From Picochlorum sp. SENEW3 (taxonomy: Eukaryota): a stretch of 64,000 nucleotides of DNA. Where the stretch lies: the NCBI GenBank assembly GCA_034226945.1, contig CP120458.1:248001-312000 (forward strand), read 5' to 3'. A program made the translations under genes and the position numbers. Positions 44,275-56,342 of the stretch are shown in pieces; within the stretch, counting starts at the first letter, position 1; the number at the start of each line of letters is the position of its first letter. The notes under the pieces are model-generated. The model was not told the DNA's origin. It searched no databases and worked only from the letters and a program-made list of their open reading frames with translations.

Positions 44275-44606
44275 ATGAACAATGATGTTCTTAGATACAG
44301 CACCGTACACTGTGCGATTCTTGTAATAGCATCTCGAGAAATTTGCATCATTGATTTCTCTATAGGAAAAGTTTCGCCGCAGATCTCGATCATCTGCACA
44401 GATCGATCGACTTGCAAGCCAATCGGGTACAACGGTGAGAGTGCGCACGCGTGGTCAGGGGGCCATTTGGCCCACAAAGGGGAACGATTGAATCAGCGGA
44501 GATAAAAGTAGAGATCGTGCAAATTGTGTGCCTTAGATCAATTTTTACATGATTTAATCGACAAAGTTTGCACCTTGACTTATCATTGGTGTCAACGCAA
44601 AGAGAA

Positions 44607-47456
44607 ATGACCTCAACTGGTTCAAAACGGCCTACTCTCCAGTCGGCAGGAGTGCTCCTCGCAGCTCTCCTCATCGTTGCAGTATGATTCAAACCGGCAA
44701 CAGGATACGATTACGACTTAAAACTTTTGCAAACGGAGATCGGTAAAACGATTGAGGATATTGGGGTCGGTACGTCTTAACACGCGAACGTTTTCACCTA
44801 GACCATGTGAGGATCGGAGTTGTCAATTTTCACAGGTGATTGCCTAATTTTATTCATTAATTTTCCCTGAGATTCTACCACAATAGTTAAGAATATGGTA
44901 TTCACGAGCATCGACTGTATTACCAACTTGTCCCCCTCCCCCCCTCCCCGAGCGCAGCCGAGTTGCCGGGCACCGGGTGTGGGCTTGCAGTCGGTTGCAA
45001 TGCGACACCCATGTTTCTGAATGCTTTTCTACATCAGTATCCATTCCTATAGAGAAGAGATGAATGACATGATACCCTATATTCTCATGCCATCCTATGC
45101 TCGTCTGCAGGGTTTTCTTTTGCTCATGAACAAAGCAATGTGTTCAAGTGGATGGAATACTCTGGTTGCAATGCTGGCCGTACATTCGTGAATCCCTTCA
45201 TGAGTGGTTCTTATGAAGATGAAAATCAAAAGAGAGATATTCGAACAGCTGATTGGAGGTCGTATCTCTCGCACAGATGGAGTGAGAGTCGATCAAGCCG
45301 ATTTGGGGATCAATTTGGTAGGTCCTTCAATGGTGACGCTGTCGAGTCCAAAGAAGGCTGGCTTTCTGCGGTTGACAATGTTAAAAACGCCGCAAAAGGT
45401 CCTGGGAGATTTTGGGACTGGTTGAGAGGCCAGGAGACTGTTAATTGGGCTGATCTATTGGATCATCTTGACAGGCAGGTGGATGAGCCACAAAAGGGGC
45501 AAGTTGGAAATCACAACTATTATCACCGCCGTCTGAAAGATGAAGGTTACAAGGTCATGGCGCTATGGGATATTCGATGCAAAAATCTGGAATACAAAAG
45601 CGTCGTGAACATCAATCCAGAGTACTGGAAAGAGCGTTGGGAAACATATCGCTTGTTCTATATTGGTGGTCGGTGGCTGGCTGAGAGAGGGATCGAATAC
45701 GTTGAGCTGTACAATGAGCCTGACAAAGATAAACAGGACAAAGGTTGTATTGATGGGTTGAGGTGGGCTGATGATGTAAGGATCAGAAGCCAGGCTATCA
45801 GAGCTGCTTATGAGGATGAAACAGAAGGGCAGTTCGAGCCAGTAATTGTTGCCCCAGCATTAACTATTGCTTGGAGAACAGAATTCTCGTGCGTCATCAA
45901 CAACAATCATCTTCATATTGTGTGTGATCTTATATATTCCCATACTTGATTTTTCTTGTACTGTTTGCAGAGTCCCTCTGGCTGATAACTGGAGAATTCC
46001 TTTCCCAGAGGCTGAGGAGAGCTTGACCTATACCGTGGCGGATGTGTATTCTCTTCATGACTACGGTTCTTTCTCAGGCCCATGTGATACATTTGGTCCA
46101 CAATGTCGAAATAAAAATGGATATGCCACGAGAAAGTCGTATAATAAGGCAAAGCAGAAGCTGAACCAGAAATTGTTGGGACATGTGGAAGTGTCCATCA
46201 CAGAGACCAACTGCTTCACAGCAGGTCAATCTGACAAGAGAGGGCACCCATTCTTCGAAGGAAAACACGTCGCTGATTATGCATCTACAGCCACATGCCT
46301 TGCATCACAGTTCAGTGGTCTCTCCCGAATTGCAGGAGGACCCAAATTTGTCAATATCCATAAATTGGTACAGACACGCCACGCAACACTCCCATCAAGA
46401 ATTGCAAAAGATGGTGTTCTGTATGCTGATACGACAGGACCTCCATTCCATGTGGCGAGCAGTACCAAAACTGGAGAATCATTGAGGCAATTCTGCACAA
46501 AAGCTCGAGGTGGTCAAGCAGTGTATGGTGTATCCTCTGCTGATGGCAAAGATCCAAACTATAGGACAAGCCGCTTTAATACTTGGAGTACAAAGAGTGG
46601 CAACAATTTGCATGTATTCGTGATAAATGACGAATGGGAGGATGACAGTGTTGTGCTGGACTTTTCAGACTTCCAGCCAGATATTTACTCATCATATATT
46701 GTCACATCCATCAGTGATTATGCACCACATGGCTCCCACTATCATGGAGAGGTGTCTCAAACCGGCAAATTGGGAGAGAGCCGTAGAGTATCAATCTCAG
46801 TTCCAAGAGAGTCGACGCATATTGTCACGTTACCTCTTGTGTCTACTCGGCGAGTGGAAATCACAGCTGACCGAGATGCCACATTCCAGGCAGAGGGAAA
46901 AGCAAATGGGGGCGATACCTCCATCAAGGTGAAGACCAATGGACAAGATAGTTCTATCGGTATGTTCAATTTCAATAAAGAAGGAAAAGTAGGCGATATT
47001 GGGGTTGTCAATGCTGTCCTCCAACTCCACTTGGAGCGAGCAACAAACAGTGAACCCCAAGTCCTAGCAGTATTTGGATGGAATCAGCCTTGGGATGAAA
47101 GTAATCCAAACTGGAACGGCATATCAATGCTCAACAAGGTGGAAGGGGACATTCGAAGAACAAAGGACAACTTTGTGAATTGGGATGATGGTCACATTAG
47201 TGTTGTTGGCCACATCACCATCCCTCCAGGTGACCAGATCCCAGGCGAGGGCATGAAAATCCGATTGGATGTATCCGATACAATTGAGAAGGTCTCAAAT
47301 TACGCCGTCGTGAGAATGTTCCGAATGGATAATTCCATTGGAGACGCCCCATTCACCCTGCCAAAAGATGCACCACAGGGAGAGTACTTCTTTGCATCAA
47401 AGGAGTCTTCCAATGGTGACAATGCACCAAAGTTACTGATTGATTACCAGGTATAA
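44607..47456 (+). CDS. Secreted glycoside hydrolase-like protein (clan GH-A barrel, beta-sandwich, DNRLRE/CBM96-like C-terminus); exons 44607-44769, 45111-45888, 45971-47456; in-frame TGA at 44685
   Basis: Signal peptide; YVELYNEPD (acid/base) and VSITETN (nucleophile). C-terminal ITADRDAT...VVNAVLQL...WDE...FASKES...PKLLI pattern. Both introns are frame-consistent. Confidence 0.7.
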
Positions 47457-47612
47457 ATCGACAGCAGTGTATGTCTTGCATTCAGCATTTGATCGTCTTT
47501 ATTACATGTGAAAATATCATCAAGATATGGAAAAACATTCAAACAGGATTCGCTATCATTGAAAATTTCGTCGTCAAATATCATCGCCATTCATTACGCT
47601 CTTCAAAATCAT

Positions 47613-47816
47613 TCATCTGAATCTCATCTTGTACTGATACGTCACCTCGCTCGCAGTAGAGGGCTCTTCATTCGACATCATCGTCGTGGCATCCAACCAG
47701 GCCGACCTGCCGTGCGTCAGTGTGTACGTAAAACTGCCCAGTGCCGACGCTGCGAACAAAGTCCCAGCAATAGCGCTGTGTTTCTTAACAATAAAGTCTC
47801 CAAGACCCTTCAACAT
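47613..47816 (-). CDS. Candidate 67-aa single-TM microprotein
   Basis: ATG-initiated ORF with one hydrophobic helix, filling an otherwise empty gap of about 650 bp. TGTAA lies about 107 nt downstream. Confidence 0.5.
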   Translation of the reverse strand: MLKGLGDFIVKKHSAIAGTLFAASALGSFTYTLTHGRSAWLDATTMMSNEEPSTASEVTYQYKMRFR

Positions 47817-48113
47817 CGTTATAGAGCTGATATTGTTAATTCCGACACGTGTTTATCTTTGTTTCGGTAATGGTGTCGGAAGGCAGAAGAGGTGCTTTAT
47901 CCAATGCCAAAATCTTCAAAATCGGATTAAAATCAAAATTGAAAGTATTCACATACAGTATGGAAAATTGAAATGAACCAGTGCGCAAAGTGCTAGAGCA
48001 TATCTAGAAAGAAACAGAGCATTGGCCTTCATTTCAGACTTTCCCTTGAGAAGGCGCCTTGGATGGGAGATGCACGTGTACACATGACAATTCTGAGATG
48101 CTAGCAGAGTTTC

Positions 48114-49281
48114 TTACATGTTACATTTCTCAAGATAGCATTTTCCTCTAAAGTTTTTCAATACTCTCTGTACGCGATCTACACCTTTCTTTTCTACTTC
48201 TTCTGTGGTGATGACTACTGCAAGATCAATGGCATCTTTTTCAAGAAACACTCGTGCCTTTGCCATTGCCTTGACCATGGTGGCCACAGCATCTTCCCCT
48301 ATAGCTTCCACAAGAGCACCTGTGTTTTGATCTCTCGCCTGCAGACAGATATAATAATGTTTATGCCTAGGTATGCTCACGGATATAATAAGAGTAGTGG
48401 TACGTACCCTGCCAGCGATGGCACCTGCCAGGGATGTAACCTTTGATCGACTGGAAGTCACAAACTCAGCATCCTGCAAAACATCCACAGGGCTGAAATA
48501 GTATATATCTACTATTGATACGCTAGAAAACTCCACACACGTACACTGGAATCCACATCCGTCTTTCTCTCCTTGCTGGAACGCAAATGAAACAGAATGG
48601 TGTCAGAATCAATGACATCCTTGTAGAAGGAGGGCTGGCACATTAGCTCCCCAGGCTCTTGGTCAGAACCCAAATACCCACGCGCTATTGCAATAATCTA
48701 CACATTGTAAGAATTGAATAGAGAAACGCCAATCAATCACATGCCACAGAGATTATGATCTGGCAAACCCACCTCCAAACCCTTCATGATGTCTTTGAGT
48801 CCATGTGCAAAGAGTGGTTTCAATACTTCATTCCTCCGCACACTCCAAGCAATCTTGCCAGCAACTTTATGTATATCATCTGAGAGCTGCATCACATAAT
48901 GGTCAGTCAAGAAACAGAGTATACTTCAACAACACAAGCATGCAAAACTCCAAACATGAAACGCACAGCCAAGCATGATGATGGCACCGTCTTTGACGGC
49001 CCATCTCTCTTTCTATGCCTCTTCCTTGTAGAATCCCTCTCCGCATAGTCCCTACTATCACTGCTGCTTGGACTCAGGCTTGAGTCACTATCATAGTGCC
49101 TCCTCCTCCTCCTTCTCCTCCTTCTTCCATCAGAGCCACCCCGCTCTCTGCTTGTCGATCTATATCTATCCCTTTTCCTGTATCTGTCATAGCTTCTACT
49201 TCTAGGACGGGACTGGTATCGATAACGACCCTCCGATCTTCCCCTGTAATCACTCTCGCTCGATAGACTGATATCCGACAT
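48114..49281 (-). CDS. RS-domain plus tandem SpoVS (Alba-like) domain protein, 290 aa; exons 49281-48967, 48886-48773, 48697-48545, 48473-48408, 48338-48114
   Basis: Four phase-0 GT-AG introns give one ORF. Repeat 1: DDIHKVAGKIAWSVR...GLEIIAIARGYL...LMCQPSF. Repeat 2: SSRSKVTSLAGAIAGRAR...VEAIGEDAVATMVKAMAKARVFL...DL. Both match the SpoVS pattern. Confidence 0.8.
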
Positions 49282-49457
49282 GACGAACCTCCCTTCAATT
49301 TTCAATCTTTTTATTCATAGAGAAAAATGAGATTAAGAATGAGGCTGGTCGACCGGAGCAAAACTCATGGCATTCAGAATTGGCACTTTTCTCCTTAAAA
49401 AGAATAGGAAGATTGTCATCTTTCATTGGTTTATACACCCTTCATATCAGTCATGCT

Positions 49458-52400
49458 ATGAATTCAAATGTTTTTAATACGATTCCATGGAATGATGAGC
49501 CTGCTGAATGGGCGTCGGGGGGGCCTCAGCCTCGGTCAGGTGATGTATGCCAGTTGAGAGAGTGTGTCGCTATGAATCGGAGCAATAGCAGTTTACATAT
49601 CAATCTGGAGGTCTTTGTAAATAAACAATTAGACGAGATAGAAAGGCAAGCTGCTGGGACCTCGAACAAAGACAAGATTATTCGTCAGAGTTGTTGTTTT
49701 GTGAAGCGAATAGTATCTGATTATGGCAGTGTTTCCCCATCAGTGCCTGATCAGGAAAAGGAGGATTCGATGTTTGGGTCTCGGGGCGTCCACGGGGCGA
49801 GTGGGGGATTGCCGGAAGAAGTGACAGTGCCTCTGCTGTCACTCTTGAAGTCTTGCTTGGAGACAAAGAATGAGAGGGTTATTGAGCCAGCGTTGTCCTG
49901 CTTGCATAAGCTGATTGCGTATATGTATCTTCAAGGGGAGACGAGGGCAAGCGGGAGATTGGATGATGCAGGAAATATAGTGACTACGGTGGTATTGATG
50001 GCAGCAAAGGCAGCCAGCACACCCTTCTCCAATCACTCGGTGCAGTTGACGGCGGTGAAAACATTGTTGACAGCGACGACGGCAGAATATTTTATACCTC
50101 ATGGCGATTGTTTGATGCTGGCTGTGCGGACGGCGTTCAATATTGCAATAAATGGGGCAACAAAGGATGTACAGAATGCGGCAGCGTCTGCATTGTTGCA
50201 GATGCTGAATACACTGTTGAAGAGGGTGGCAAATCAGGTGATCACACCGTCTGGTACTCCGATAAAATCTCAAGGTTCTGATACGTACATCAAGGATTCA
50301 TCGAGCCCACTTGAGAAACATCAGTCAGCTGGATTCGGAGATGCGTTCATGAAAGAAGGTGATGATGGTGCCCTGGGAATTGAGGGCCCTGTGACGATTG
50401 CTGGTCAGAGAGCTGCGAAATTGTCTCAGCTTGCAGAGCAGTCCGATATACGTGGGCTGGAGGAAGCATTGACGAGCAGCATTCCTTCTCCAATCAAACC
50501 TCTGAAAAGCTTACAGGTGAAGACTTCTTCCAAAGAGGAACAACATCTTCTGCTCAAGGAGCATGAAAAGATTGACCAGACTCCTGGATCGAGTGAAATG
50601 CCAAGTTTGCGCAGAGTCGATACACCACCAGATCCGAGACGAGCATTAATGCGAGATCTTAGGGCGTCAGAGTGGAAGGTTCTGACAACACCAGAGAAGG
50701 ATTTTGTGATTGTCCTGAGTGCAATGTGCAAAATGGCCTCCAGGGAAACTGGGTCTGGAGCAGCTGGAACATATTACCACACTGGGAAGTTATTCGCATT
50801 GGATACCGTCGTTAAAGTTTTAACGAATCCCATGCATGAATGGGACTATATTCGGACAGAGTTGGCTATTCAACTTCGCCAGCCATTGTGTCTGGCAATC
50901 CTTAGAAACTGCAAATCTCCATATGAATCTGCAATAGCCGGAAGTGTGAATATTTTGTGTGCCATTCTAAATGCTTCACCGCTGAGATCAACTTTAAGGG
51001 CCGAGATTGGTGCTTTATATCCTCTGATAATATTGAGGCCATTAGAGAATGGAGGTGTTAATCACTCTGGAATGCAGAAGCATGCAATTGCTGCCCTGCA
51101 TGGCTTGGAGAAGATTTGTGCACATCCTCAAGTACTGGTCGACATTTTTGTTAATTTTGATTGCTCAATGCAAGCTTCAAATCTTTTTGAGCGCACAGTG
51201 AACAGCTTGGCGAGGGAAGCATCAAGTCCTCCAAAGCAGTTCCCACAAGGGTGGTCTGTAGCAAAGAGTTCTCTTCTTAAATGTATAGATTCTTTAGATA
51301 CCTGGGCTGGGCCTTTGAAACCTTGGCTGAATGATGCATCGAACCTAGAAGAGGAAGCATCAATGGAAGAAGTCCTTCCTGGGCGTGATCAGGATGTTCT
51401 CCGTCAGATACATCTGGACAAAGCTAAGAAAAGCTCCTTGCAAGAAGGTCTAGCATACTTCAACCAGGATCCTGTCAAGGGGGTAGACTATTTAGTAGAT
51501 TCAAATGTGATTGAGTCGGATCCTGACTCGATAGCTCAATTCCTAATTGGTCATGACTCAAAGTTGGACCCAGAAGCAGTTGGAGAATTACTTGGGCATC
51601 ATGATGAAAGAAGCATCAAGGTACGCTGGCTCCCAGGCTTGCTTGGAATTTTTCTTCACGTACAAACTCATCCAATTCTACTACATATTTTTGCAGATAA
51701 TGCATGCATTTGTTAGGAAATTTGACTTTTCTGGTTTAACAGTTGATGCTGCCTTGCGAGCACTCTTGAGAGGCTTCAGGCTTCCAGGAGAGGCACAAAA
51801 GATTGATAGAATCATGGAGAAGTTTGCAGAAAAGTACTGCGAAGATAACACTGATGTTTTTCCAGTTGCTGATGCAGCCTACCTGCTTTCTTTTGCTGTG
51901 ATTATGCTGAATACAGATGCTCACAATCCAATGGCAGAGAGGAGGATTCAGGGAGATGATTTTGTGACTATGTGCACGTACCAGACTGAGACGGGTGAGT
52001 ATGAACAAATCATGCCAACAGATAAGTTGCTTGATTTGTACACCAGGATTGTTGATGAGGAAATTGCTGTGCCAAAATCCCGCAAGTCTTTCTCTGCAAA
52101 CCAGAGGTCAAGGAATAGATCTCTTAGGAGATTAGCCGCTGCAACTGGATTATCAAAGCTCGTTGCTCCATTTCATCCTGGAAACTCGTGGGATAAGCAG
52201 TATGGAGCTGATCAGGAAAGATTGGAAATGGATAAGCTCTCCATGCAGATATCCACTTTTTCTTCAGCTGTTTCAGAGAAGGACATGTGGAAAACCGCAA
52301 CGCATGCTGAACATGCAAGGCCAATGCTCCAAGTTGCTGGAGATCCGATATGTAAATCTTTGATAATTAATTTGAGGGCAGCAAATTCGGTAGCTGAGGC

Positions 52401-54987
52401 TATGCCTATTCTCAAGGGATTTGAGCAGGCTATCAAATTATGTGCATTACTGTGGCTTGAGAATTTGACCCTGCAGTTCGTTAAAGGATTGGCTTTGTCC
52501 TCTGGCTTTGGACAGGTCAATGATGACTTCAGTATCGCTCAAAGCGCTTACCCTGGGACACCAGAAGAAGCTAAGAATGTCGCATGTTTGAGTCGCTTGG
52601 TCAGTTTGGCGTGCTCTAAAGAAGCTGGTTTGCTTGGAGGTGCCTGGATTGTAATTTTCAAGGTATTGAGTGGATTAGAAAAATTAAAGGAACGACTGTC
52701 CCCTGAAGTTGAAAAACCATTGCCTTCAAATCTACATCTGAAATGGATGCTTCGATCTTTCAGCAACAAACAGCAGTCCTCAAAGATTGGGTCACATGAG
52801 CCTAGAAAAGGACCCACTAGAACCGTAATGAGGGATTCACAGGGGCCATTGATAATTAGAGAAGAACCTGGTATGGGAGTTGTGATTTGGGCTGAAACTT
52901 CTGGGGCAGCATCAATCGAGCGAATTTTTGCCAACAGTACTGAGCTGGATGGAGAATCGATATTAACCTTCATGCGAGCACTATGTGCTATCAGTCAGGA
53001 GGAGCTTGAGCATACTGGGGACTCATCCACGAGAATTTATTTGCTACAGCGTGTTGTTGAGTGTTCGTACTTCAATGCTGGACGCATTAGATTGGTATGG
53101 CAAAAGATATGGACAGTTGTATCGCAGCATTTGGTTTCTGCAGCATGCTGTCCTGACACATATGTTGCAATGTTTGCTGTAGACTCATTGCGACAATTAG
53201 CGGATAAACTTCTTTGTCGCACTGAGTTAGCGGGATTCTCTAGTCAAGGGGAAGCAATTCGACCCCTTGGATCTGTCATTCGATGCAGTGATTCCACAGC
53301 AGTTAGAGAATTGTCCATTGCATGTATTGCTCATATTGTTGATTCGCATCACGAGCGAATAGCAGGTGGTTGGTGGGCAGTTATTGATGCTTTGGCAATT
53401 TCTGCTTCCGACACTTCTACAGAAGTCATAAGTCAGTCAATTGATATTATGCGTGAAGTTTTTAAACTTCTTTTCCTGGATTCAAGAGAAGGCGCTGGTC
53501 ATGATCTACTAGAGGAGTGTGTGCATGCTGCAGTGATGGTAGTTACCAACCAAAGCTATGAAGAGGACACTGCTCCTGCAACTACATCATTAGAACTATT
53601 TCAGATGCTTTGTCAACAGCTGTACGAGTCAGAGACAGAGAGACAAGTGATTCAAAGGTGGATATCTGTTTTGTCGCCTCTCGCAGCAATTTCCAGATCA
53701 GATCCTCGACCAGAAGTTGCTGATACAGCGTCTACAGTTCTTTTCTATGCTTTGACAACATATGGAGACTGCTTTAATCGAGATATGTGGGAGAATATTT
53801 TTGAAGTGGTGATTAGTCCAGTCCTGTCTGTGTGTCCAACACCCATTTCCCAAGATTCAATTGAGATGATTGTATCAAATGCACAATATGCAGAGCATCC
53901 CGTGTCTTTCAAGGAATCAAAGGACGTTTTAAAGTTTTATATCGAGTATAATGCACCTGTTCAGCATATCAAGCCCTGGACAAGAGAAAGTTCGCTGCGG
54001 ATTGTCCGTCTAGCAAACAGTCACTTGCCAAGCCTTTGGGACACTTTGTCAAGCAGCCCCATGGCATCTCACCTGGCAGTGGACTTTCTTAAAATTTTAT
54101 GGTCGTACTCAATATTTCAGGACGAGATCATTGCGGAAATCTCCGAAACTTTGTGTGAACGGATGTTTTCAATGGTGTGTAGTTCTGTTCCCCCAGGTTC
54201 TTGGAAAGACATTTCTCGAGTCTTTGCAACATGGTTGAGTCTTCCGGATATTGATGAACTTGTCCCATCAAGAGCAGAGGATGAGCTTCGAAGACGATGC
54301 AACAGTGTCATTAAGGGCTTTAATCTCATTGAATGGGTGCTGATGAACTGTACAGTTCCACAAGAATTTGTGTGGGGTATTTTGCAAGTGATGCAAAGCA
54401 GTACCGAGGCAATTCGGGCATTGAATGACAATCATAGTGCACGAGTGAGGCTGGAAAAGTTGCTGCGTTCCCCTGCCTCATCCAGAAAAGTAGATGCTCA
54501 CGATGAATCGCCAACAGGGACAGAACATGCTGCAAATAGGTTTGAGAGCCTTGCAGATGCTGTTGTTGACACTGTACAAAGGACGGACGAGAAGTTCCTC
54601 CCAGCATTTAGTAGGGTCGAGACATTGGGAGAGAAAGCCTTTGCTGATTCCATCATGCATGTTGCTAAAGAAAACCTGGCAGGAATTGAAAAGCAAGATG
54701 AGCTATATTCCATGCTAGTAGATTGCATCGTGCAGAAGGTTTATCAGAGCTGTGGGAGGTTAGAACAGATTGAAAACTATCACAATAGTGATACTTTCTG
54801 GTTGGAAACTGAAAGAATTTCATCCAGTGCATCATTATTGGTGTACCTTACAGACATTCCAGAAAAGTACTGGGAGAATAAGAAAAATGATATGATGAAG
54901 TGCGCGTCTCAAATGGTTCGATTCCAGAATACTGGAGTCCGAAAAGCTATATCCGTGTTTTTCCAAAAGCTAGCAGGGAAACATTAG
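49458..54987 (+). CDS. Large Sec7 ARF-GEF (BIG family); intron 51621-51696
   Basis: DCB (EPALSCLHKLIAY), HUS box (DIFVNFDC), Sec7 (FRLPGEAQKIDRIMEKFAEKYC, IMLNTDAHNP) and HDS (MFAVDSLRQLA). Start uncertain (49458 or 49572). Confidence 0.93.
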
Positions 54988-54990
54988 TCA

Positions 54991-56023
54991 TCATGTAATC
55001 CCAATTGTCTGCCTAAATCTTGCAAGCGACAACTCCAAAGTCAAGGTCTCCTTCTCTAGACTACACAATGCTCGATTGGCACGGTGTAAGTCGAGACTAA
55101 GATTTGTCTCTAACGAAAGGCGCTCACATTTGGGGAGATCAATGTGAATCACCGACCCACTGATCCAGACTTGCCCAGCAGTAGGGTGATGGGCCAACAC
55201 ACAACAGGACTCTTTGACTAATCTCACGACTATTCTGATACTATGCACTGGATTTCCTACGAATGACATACTCCAATCTTCTTTATGTAGACGATGCGTA
55301 CATTCCACACCATCTCCAGTCGCATCTCCTGTTACCATGTCCTTCTTTGATGCAACACAGGGTTCAGGCAGCACATCCATCAAGACAGTCTCATCCATTC
55401 CCCACAACATGATGGACTCCAAGCCCCCTTTACTCTTCATCCTGGGAAGCTTAATATCTGGGTCAAGGTACATTCCTGTATCTTTTGCCACTTTCGACAT
55501 CACCATGGCAATCAGATGCATTTTGAAATTCACATTGTCAAACGCAGCCTGAAGCACCCTTGGATGCGTGGCACAATGTATCACTGCAGTCACATTGAAG
55601 CACCACCATCAATTCTATTTATCTTGACATGAGCCTGTAGGTATATCATACCTGTACAAGCATCTCCACGCTTGTCTACATCCATCTTGGGCTTGGATAT
55701 AAAAAACTCAGGCCGAATATTCTTCTCCTCCCAACCGTCCTCATGGACCCATGATGCCATTAAATCCCCTTCTCCCTCCCATTCAACTGGTAATATCGAC
55801 CTTGCACTTGAACAGACGTTGATAAACACCTTTCTTTGGTCCTCATCCCTGCTTTTAATGACAAAACCAGGTTTGGGTATATTAGCAGGATCTGTCACCC
55901 GTATACCCTGTACAGTGGATTAAACAATGCATCATATGAATATATACATCCATTATACCATCTAGATCGCACCTGATCCACAACATGGGAAAGTTCTTCC
56001 CCTAGACTGCTCCGAATTGGCAT
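54991..56023 (-). CDS. PIH1-domain protein (PIH1D1/MOT48/Kintoun family), three exons
   Basis: PKPGFVIKS, KVFINVCSS, DVDKRGDACTV and KLPRMKSKG, then a CS-like tail. First exon MPIRSSLGEELSHVVDQ. Confidence 0.82.
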
Positions 56024-56342
56024 GAGTAACTTTGACAGGGCTATAACTGCTCCACACGCATTCTATTTCATTGATCAACTTCTCGACGCATCTTTGGGGG
56101 TCTCGGAAATCCTATAATGGCTCATTCGTGTTTTTCAAGTGTCCTTGGTTGGATTCAAACCCCCCCTTTGTGATGGGGTCAGATCAGACAGGCATTCGTG
56201 AATATCTCCATGAGAAGCGCCTTAGATACCCTGAGACAGCCATGGGAAGGGCTCATTTTAAACCATTAACATGATTTCTTTAGTAGTAGGGTGAAACAAA
56301 GGAGTCTGAGTGTATTCAGAGGAACGCGTTTGTGCCTGGAAT

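Noticed and set aside
8148..47456. Possible polysaccharide biosynthetic cluster (nucleotide-sugar transporter, GT61, sulfotransferases, glycoside hydrolase)
   Set aside because: The genes are spread over 39 kb among unrelated housekeeping genes, with no evidence of clustering beyond the tandem pair.
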